DNA of 10,180 nt from Anaerohalosphaeraceae bacterium (GTDB lineage: Bacteria > Planctomycetota > Phycisphaerae > Sedimentisphaerales > Anaerohalosphaeraceae), in NCBI GenBank assembly GCA_050309605.1, contig JBNRMN010000018.1, forward strand, positions 1 to 10,180. The letters run 5' to 3'. Shown here in pieces: positions 1-4,613 of this stretch (its first letter is position 1; the number at the start of each line of letters is the position of its first letter). The position numbers and the translations under genes were made by a program. The notes under the pieces are model-generated. The model was not told where the DNA came from. It was given only the letters and a program-made list of their open reading frames with translations, and made no database searches.

Positions 1-114
1 ACGCTCAAACAACGCGGATTAAACCCCGTGAATACAGTAAAAGAGGCGCTGAAAATCTATCTCAAAACCGGCCAGCTGCCGGCATTGAAAGAGTTCACTG
101 CTTCAAATGGCTAA
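1..114 (+). CDS. C-terminal fragment of a probable IS66-family transposase (5' truncated by window)
   Basis: Frame +1 is open from base 1 to TAA at 112-114: TLKQRGLNPVNTVKEALKIYLKTGQLPALKEFTASNG*. The T-L-K-x-R-G-x-N-P...AL..YL..G.LP tail resembles IS66 transposase C-termini (recognition from memory, not a search). Confidence 0.6.
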   Translation, partial: TLKQRGLNPVNTVKEALKIYLKTGQLPALKEFTASNG

Positions 115-122
115 AATCTTAC
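1..122 (+). mobile_element. Right end of a probable IS66-family insertion sequence
   Basis: The transposase-like stop codon lies inside GGCTAAAATCTTAC (109-122), whose reverse complement starts GTAA, the characteristic IS66 terminus. The left end and target duplication are outside the window. Confidence 0.55.
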
Positions 123-136
123 GAAAACATCAACTT

Positions 137-1195
137 TCATTGCCGCTCCGAAGAATCGTTTGTTTTGAAAATCACAACCGGACTTGAACCTTGCGCCAGC
201 AAGGCGAGCTTTCGACTCTGTCGGTCAAAGATGCAGATCTGCGCTCCGAACTGAAAAATGATCTCATCACCCGGCAGAACCGTCACATGCCGCGCAAGCC
301 ACTGCACAAATGGCGTCTCCAGAGCGATATTTACCCATTTGCCTCTTTCTCTGTTTCGCATTGCAAGCCCTTCCATTTCCCAGAAGCCTGCGTTGATATC
401 CCAGTACCGCTCTTCGGAAGGTCGATAGTCGGTTGCCTGCATTCCATGCTCATCCGGCAGTAAAGGTATTTCCAAACCGCAAAGAACACTTTCCTTCAAA
501 CATTCAGAACCCTGTGCGATCATCATATAAACCCCTTCGGACCAACCCAGATTCAAATCCGCTTTGTCCTGGTTTTGGGAATAATTTAAAAACAGAAAAG
601 GCTTTCCCTCCTGTTGTTCCAGCTTATGAACAACTTTCACTTCGCTTCCATCCAGCCGCAAGCGATAAACCGTCGATTGATCGCCGATATAATATACAAC
701 AGCTTCCGGATTTCTGACCACATAGTCCGAAAGGTTAACAACAGAAGCATTCTTCAATACACCTTCAGCGCTCATAAGACGATACCAGCCGTAAAGGGGA
801 ACATAAGATATCACATGAATCAAAAGACATGCTGTTATTGAACGTATAATCCAATGCTTCCGTTTATAAAACAGTATTCCCACAAAAGGAAGCTCGATAA
901 GGACAGTAAGTACGAAGGCTACCCCGAATCCAATCTGGAGCATCCGCTGGATATTATACAGATTGACTGTATCGTACAGATGGGCAGACAATCCTTGCAG
1001 AATCGTATAGGCCGCCCAGGCGCTGACATAATTGGCCGAGATCATGATCAAGGCAGCCTTCAAAAACTTGACCCGAAATACCAGCCATAGAAGAAACCCT
1101 TCAAGCAGACCGATCAGAAGGTTGCCTATCAAAAGGTGCATCGCAGTGCCCCTCATCAGCGCCGTTCCCGCATTCGCCAGCGGCATCGACATCAT
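137..1195 (-). CDS. Hypothetical membrane protein, 352 aa (about 4-5 N-terminal TM helices plus a soluble beta-rich C-terminal domain)
   Basis: Long ORF with strong Shine-Dalgarno (GAAAGGGAGG, 5 nt before ATG). Hydrophobic segments in residues ~20-140; the C-terminal part has short beta-strand-like segments (VVYYIGD..VYRLRLDGS, ICIFDRQSRKLALLAQGSSPVV). No family confidently recognised. Confidence 0.85.
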   Translation of the reverse strand: MMSMPLANAGTALMRGTAMHLLIGNLLIGLLEGFLLWLVFRVKFLKAALIMISANYVSAWAAYTILQGLSAHLYDTVNLYNIQRMLQIGFGVAFVLTVLIELPFVGILFYKRKHWIIRSITACLLIHVISYVPLYGWYRLMSAEGVLKNASVVNLSDYVVRNPEAVVYYIGDQSTVYRLRLDGSEVKVVHKLEQQEGKPFLFLNYSQNQDKADLNLGWSEGVYMMIAQGSECLKESVLCGLEIPLLPDEHGMQATDYRPSEERYWDINAGFWEMEGLAMRNRERGKWVNIALETPFVQWLARHVTVLPGDEIIFQFGAQICIFDRQSRKLALLAQGSSPVVIFKTNDSSERQ

Positions 1196-1260
1196 ACAAA
1201 CCTCCCTTTCTGATTCTCAGCACACATGCTCTAACATCAACACCCAATACCCGCCATCCA

Positions 1261-1310
1261 ACAGTTCACATATAAACTGTCGGCCCAAAGCAACTCCACA
1301 TATAAACTAT
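1261..1310. promoter_or_regulatory. Two tandem operator-like sites upstream of the 352-aa gene
   Basis: ACAGTTCACATATAAACTGT (1261-1280, arms ACAGTT/AACTGT) and CTCCACATATAAACTAT (1294-1310), exactly 30 bp apart. Both share ACATATAAACT with the palindrome in the marR promoter. Confidence 0.6.
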
Positions 1311-1315
1311 GCAAT

Positions 1316-1777
1316 TCAGAGACTCTTCCTCAGTTTTCCGCACGCCTGTATCATCTCGGCCAGTTCGCTCCTGCTCAATGCGCCCATTACTGTTTTAACC
1401 TCACGTCCGTACACGACGTCAATTTTATCCAGCAGGCGATTGGCCTTGTCTGTCAGTTGAATGATGTTATACCGCCGATCCTCGGCGGCGGTACGACGAA
1501 CAAAACCCTCGCGTTCCAGCCGATCCACCAGGCCCGTCACATTGGGCCGGTTCACCTGCATCAGCTCGCTGAGTCGGGCCTGGCTGAGACCTTGTTTGCC
1601 ACCCTGATGCCGCAACAGCATCAATAACTGAAACTGGACATCGGTCAGCCCATAAGGCCCGAAAAACTCACCGGCCCGCTTTTTGAGCTTCGCCGCGGTA
1701 TAATACAGATTCAGCAAGGCCTCATGTTCAATAAAGGCCAGCGGTTTATCCAGACGTAATTCCTCTTGTAGTCCCAT
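1316..1777 (-). CDS. MarR-family transcriptional regulator, 153 aa
   Basis: YGLTDVQFQLLMLL, LSQARLSELMQVNRPNVTGLVDRLEREGFVRR and the wing motif EDRR..IIQLTDKA are canonical MarR winged-HTH features; typical length. Confidence 0.95.
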   Translation of the reverse strand: MGLQEELRLDKPLAFIEHEALLNLYYTAAKLKKRAGEFFGPYGLTDVQFQLLMLLRHQGGKQGLSQARLSELMQVNRPNVTGLVDRLEREGFVRRTAAEDRRYNIIQLTDKANRLLDKIDVVYGREVKTVMGALSRSELAEMIQACGKLRKSL

Positions 1778-1806
1778 TTTTATGTCTTTTGAAAGAAATC
1801 TATTTT

Positions 1807-1847
1807 GTTTACATATAAACTATATATCAATTACCTATCTGTGTCAA
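1807..1847 (-). promoter_or_regulatory. sigma70-type promoter of marR overlapped by a palindromic operator
   Basis: Minus strand: TTGACA (1847-1842), 17 bp, TATAGT (1824-1819). The near-perfect palindrome GTTTACATATAAAC (1807-1820) overlaps the -10 element and the predicted start site. Confidence 0.8.
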
Positions 1848-1911
1848 GCGTAAAAATGAGAAATTTCAAAAAAATGAATCGATTTGTGTGGGTGTGTGGC
1901 GGTCCGGGTGT

Positions 1912-2664
1912 TCATCCGAGGATGAGTTTGACGGCTGCGGCGGCGGCCAGGAGCAGGGCGGCGGTGTTGAACAGGTTCTGGGGGATGCGTTTGAGCAGGA
2001 GGATGCCTAAAACCGCCCCGACGGCCACCGCCGGCAGCAGCAGCAGGTTGGTTTGCAGCGAGGCGGCGGTCATGAGCTGCTGCTGGGCATAGAACGGCAC
2101 CTTGATCCAGTTGACCGCGAAGAAAAACCACGCGCTGGTGCCGATGAACTGGTGTTTTGGCAGGCGCATCGCCAGCAAATAGAGCGTCATCACCGGCCCG
2201 GCGGCGTTGGCCAGCATCGTCGTCGCTCCGGCGGCGGCCCCCATAAACGGAGCGAAGGCCGGGTGATGCGGCACGTCGTCGGGGTTCTGTTTGGCCGACA
2301 GCGAGCGGCTTCGCAGCAGAATCATCGCCAGAACGATACCGCCGATGACGGGAGAAAACCGCTGATTGTCCAGCATCCGCAGCAGGACAAACCCGACCGC
2401 CAGCCCCGCCGCCGTCCAGGGCAGCAGCCGCAGCAGATGCGACCACCGGGCATGGCGGCGATACCAGCCGACAGCGAACAGGTCGGCAAAAATCAGCATC
2501 GGCAGCACCAGCCCAATCGATTCACGCGCCGGCACCGCCATCGCCGCCAGCGGCACGGCCAGAATGCCCGCACCGGGAAGGCCCGTCTTGGCCAGACCAA
2601 TCAACAGGGCACTGCACGCCAAAGCGGTCCATTGCAGCGGTTCAAGAGCAAGCGGGTTCATCAT
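1912..2664 (-). CDS. Sulfite exporter TauE/SafE (TSUP) family permease, 250 aa
   Basis: About 8 hydrophobic helices; family-typical segments LLIGLAKTGLPGAGILAVP, LPMLIFADLFAV, MGAAAGATTMLANAAGPVMTLYLL, FIGTSAWFFFAVNWIKVPFY. Confidence 0.9.
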   Translation of the reverse strand: MMNPLALEPLQWTALACSALLIGLAKTGLPGAGILAVPLAAMAVPARESIGLVLPMLIFADLFAVGWYRRHARWSHLLRLLPWTAAGLAVGFVLLRMLDNQRFSPVIGGIVLAMILLRSRSLSAKQNPDDVPHHPAFAPFMGAAAGATTMLANAAGPVMTLYLLAMRLPKHQFIGTSAWFFFAVNWIKVPFYAQQQLMTAASLQTNLLLLPAVAVGAVLGILLLKRIPQNLFNTAALLLAAAAAVKLILG

Positions 2665-2703
2665 GGCCTGTGCCCATTATTGTCGCATTGAACCGCCAAA
2701 CGG

Positions 2704-2898
2704 CTACAGATTCCACGCCCGGGCAAATGCGGCGAAACTGCGGTCGTAGGTCTTTTCAACCGCGTCGGGAAAACAGCAGGCCGGAAGCTGTTTGCTTTTG
2801 AGGTGGTATTGCAGACAATCGCAGCAGATGCCCTTGCGAGGGCACGGATCATACGAACAATTGCAAAACGTCATATTACGTTCTTTTTTGCATTCCAT
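2704..2898 (-). CDS. Small cysteine-rich protein, 64 aa (DUF6485-like)
   Basis: Start moved from the ORF-track position (2973) to ATG at 2898, which has SD CAGGAG and avoids overlap with the GTPase gene. MECKKERNMTFCNCSYDPCPRKGICCDCLQYHLKSKQLPACCFPDAVEKTYDRSF...: 9 Cys plus His. The DUF name is from recall. Confidence 0.85.
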   Translation of the reverse strand: MECKKERNMTFCNCSYDPCPRKGICCDCLQYHLKSKQLPACCFPDAVEKTYDRSFAAFARAWNL

Positions 2899-2950
2899 CG
2901 TTGTCTCCTGAAAGTTACTCAATGAGCTTAACAAAGGGTTTCCATTTGAG

Positions 2951-3943
2951 TTAAGAAAAATGCAGCTCCACAATTTCTTTATCGGTCAGGACGTGGTCGC
3001 GGGGGACGTTTTGGCCGTCGTGGATGCCGGGGGCGTTCCAGGCACGGGCGCTTTTGAGCGATTCGGCCAGTTGGCGATGAATCAGCGTCGCCAGGTCCTG
3101 CACATCGGAGCCGCGCGGCAGCGTGAACGGCTCATTCATATCCGGTTCACGACCGGGCTTTTTGGCGTAAATCCGCACCACATCAAGCATTTCAAAGACC
3201 CGTTTGGCAAACGCATCCAGCCCCCGACCGGTGGACGCGGACACCTCGATATACTCAAACGGGCGCTCGGTCAGCTCTTTGAGAGTCTCCAGCGTGCCGG
3301 GCGGAGCGAGATCGGCCTTGGTCGCAATCACAAACGTTGGGCGGGCCAGATAATTGGCCGCATCGTCTTGATCGACCGTCGGATCCAGCATCAGCCGATG
3401 GGAATCCAGGTAGCGGGTGCAGACCTCCATCTGTTCAAGCACTTCACCGGCCAAATCAATGACAATCGCCAGCAGATCCGCCCCGCGGCAGGTATTGACA
3501 AACCCCGGCGCCGCATACTCAGCGGTGATCGGCGGCGTATCGACCAACTGAATCTGCACATCCTCATACAGCATCATCCCCGGCACGGGCTTTTCGGTGG
3601 CAAACGGATAGTCGGCGACATTGACCGGCGCATTGGTCAGGGCGGCCAAAATCGCGCTCTTGCCGGCGTTGGGCATACCGACCAGCACCACCTGTCCGGC
3701 GCCGCTGTGGGGCACGTGAAACACGTCCACATGCCGGGCGCCGCCTTTTTTGCCGGTGGTTTGAATCTCATCCTTGAGCTTGCTGATGCGGCGTTTCAAG
3801 TCGGCCTGCATGCTCTCGGTCCCCTTGTGCTTGGGGATGGTGCGCAACATCTCCTCCAGCGCCGCCAGCCGCTCGGTATCGCCGGCCGCGGAGCGAAACT
3901 TCGCCTCGGCTTTCTTGTATTCCGGTGTCAGATTCGCAGGCAC
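2951..3943 (-). CDS. DRG-like OBG-family GTPase with C-terminal TGS domain, 330 aa
   Basis: G1 GMPNAGKS, G2 ADYPFAT, G3 DTPP, G4 TKAD, G5 SAS. N-terminal helical region IPKHKGTE..ADLKRRISKLK like DRG proteins; TGS-like end (RIYAKKPG..P..L..GS.V.DLA..IH...GQNV.RDHVL.D.EIVELH). GTG start. Confidence 0.9.
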   Translation of the reverse strand: MPANLTPEYKKAEAKFRSAAGDTERLAALEEMLRTIPKHKGTESMQADLKRRISKLKDEIQTTGKKGGARHVDVFHVPHSGAGQVVLVGMPNAGKSAILAALTNAPVNVADYPFATEKPVPGMMLYEDVQIQLVDTPPITAEYAAPGFVNTCRGADLLAIVIDLAGEVLEQMEVCTRYLDSHRLMLDPTVDQDDAANYLARPTFVIATKADLAPPGTLETLKELTERPFEYIEVSASTGRGLDAFAKRVFEMLDVVRIYAKKPGREPDMNEPFTLPRGSDVQDLATLIHRQLAESLKSARAWNAPGIHDGQNVPRDHVLTDKEIVELHFS

Positions 3944-3997
3944 AACACGATCCGCTGAACAAGGGTTTTCACATTATCCATCAAAAATGAGGGTGTT

Positions 3998-4026
3998 CTT
4001 ATACCGCAAAAGCCGGTTATCGTCAA
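3998..4026 (-). promoter_or_regulatory. Putative sigma70-type promoter for the GTPase cluster
   Basis: Minus strand TTGACG (4026-4021), 17 bp, TATAAG (4003-3998), about 55 bp upstream of the GTG start. Confidence 0.6.
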
Positions 4027-4041
4027 GGGCAAGCAGATGAC

Positions 4042-4064
4042 AAAAAAACGACACGGACGGTCGT
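4042..4064 (-). terminator. Weak second terminator-like hairpin
   Basis: ACGAC (4048-4052)/GTCGT (4060-4064) 5-bp stem followed on the minus strand by a T run (A tract 4042-4048 on plus). Confidence 0.3.
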
Positions 4065-4072
4065 GTGACAAG

Positions 4073-4099
4073 AAAAAACGCCGGGGCGCGGCCCGGCGT
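4073..4099 (-). terminator. Rho-independent terminator of a minus-strand transcript
   Basis: Perfect 8-bp GC-rich stem ACGCCGGG (4078-4085)/CCCGGCGT (4092-4099), 6-nt loop, with the A tract 4073-4078 reading as a U tail on the minus strand. Confidence 0.8.
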
Positions 4100-4144
4100 C
4101 TTGTGTAAACTCCGTTTACGGTGTCTTATGGTCTGGTCATCGAC

Positions 4145-4240
4145 TCAGCACAATGCCATAAAACTGGCAATGGCGAGAACTAAAATCTTCTTTTTCGTCG
4201 CGAAAAACGGAACCCAGAAACGATAGTAATAGGTCTTCAT
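4145..4240 (-). CDS. Small hydrophobic peptide, 31 aa (MKTYYYRFWVPFFATKKKILVLAIASFMALC); not in ORF track
   Basis: ATG at 4240 with GGAG 8 nt upstream (alternative ATG at 4246), TGA at 4147-4145; lies between a well-formed promoter and a terminator on the same strand. Confidence 0.55.
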   Translation of the reverse strand: MKTYYYRFWVPFFATKKKILVLAIASFMALC

Positions 4241-4319
4241 TGTCATCTCTCCGAAAAAAACAGCTTTTCAGAACCGTTGAACCCCCCATGACCGAAGCCA
4301 TGATCTTGACTACACCGGC

Positions 4320-4348
4320 AGTATAGCCCATTTTCGACAAAAATTCAA
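4320..4348 (-). promoter_or_regulatory. sigma70-type promoter of the small-peptide transcript
   Basis: Minus strand TTGAAT (4348-4343), 17 bp, TATACT (4325-4320); AT-rich sequence upstream. Confidence 0.65.
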
Positions 4349-4533
4349 GAAAAAGCCGCCTACTTTTACATAACTATCTTATTTGAAACAACTTACAACA
4401 ATTCAATTGCATTGTTTTTTTGACCTTAACGTCGTATTATCAACACTGAAAAACACGATTCGGCGACATTGCGTTCAAAAGAGATGTCTAACATACCGAT
4501 AGGCCCCTTTTTCGATGGAAGCGAAAATGCCGC

Positions 4534-4562
4534 TTGCCGAATCGCACCCGATTCGCTACTAT
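4534..4562 (+). promoter_or_regulatory. Putative sigma70-type promoter with a 7-bp inverted repeat across its spacer
   Basis: TTGCCG (4534-4539), 17 bp, TACTAT (4557-4562); CGAATCG-CACC-CGATTCG at 4538-4555. Confidence 0.5.
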
Positions 4563-4613
4563 CCGCATGCCGTGATCTCTGGGGCAGTTGAATCAACATC
4601 ACACGATCGACCG

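Noticed and set aside
1261..1310. 30-bp-period direct repeat considered as a CRISPR remnant
   Set aside because: Only two copies of a 12-bp core, period far too short for repeat plus spacer, no cas genes; better explained as operators.
191..1460. Plus-strand ORFs opposite the 352-aa gene and marR
   Set aside because: Antisense to better-supported genes, with low-complexity Ser/Pro/Arg-rich translations or no recognisable features.
1844..2749. ORFs 1844-2446(-), 2053-2691(+), 2366-2749(+) overlapping the TSUP gene
   Set aside because: Arg/Ala/Pro/Gln-rich alternative-frame products typical of high-GC DNA; no family features.
2960..3958. 332-aa plus-strand ORF antisense to the GTPase
   Set aside because: Shadow frame of a GC-rich gene; no recognisable motifs, while the minus-strand protein has all GTPase motifs.
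4105..4119. GTAAAC-TCC-GTTTAC as a fourth MarR site
   Set aside because: Half-sites are in the opposite order and spacing to GTTTAC-AT-ATAAAC; more simply an RNA hairpin in the small transcript's 3' UTR.
4137..4340. 67-aa minus-strand ORF from the ORF track
   Set aside because: Starts inside the predicted promoter spacer with no SD; the 31-aa ORF in another frame fits the promoter, SD and terminator better.
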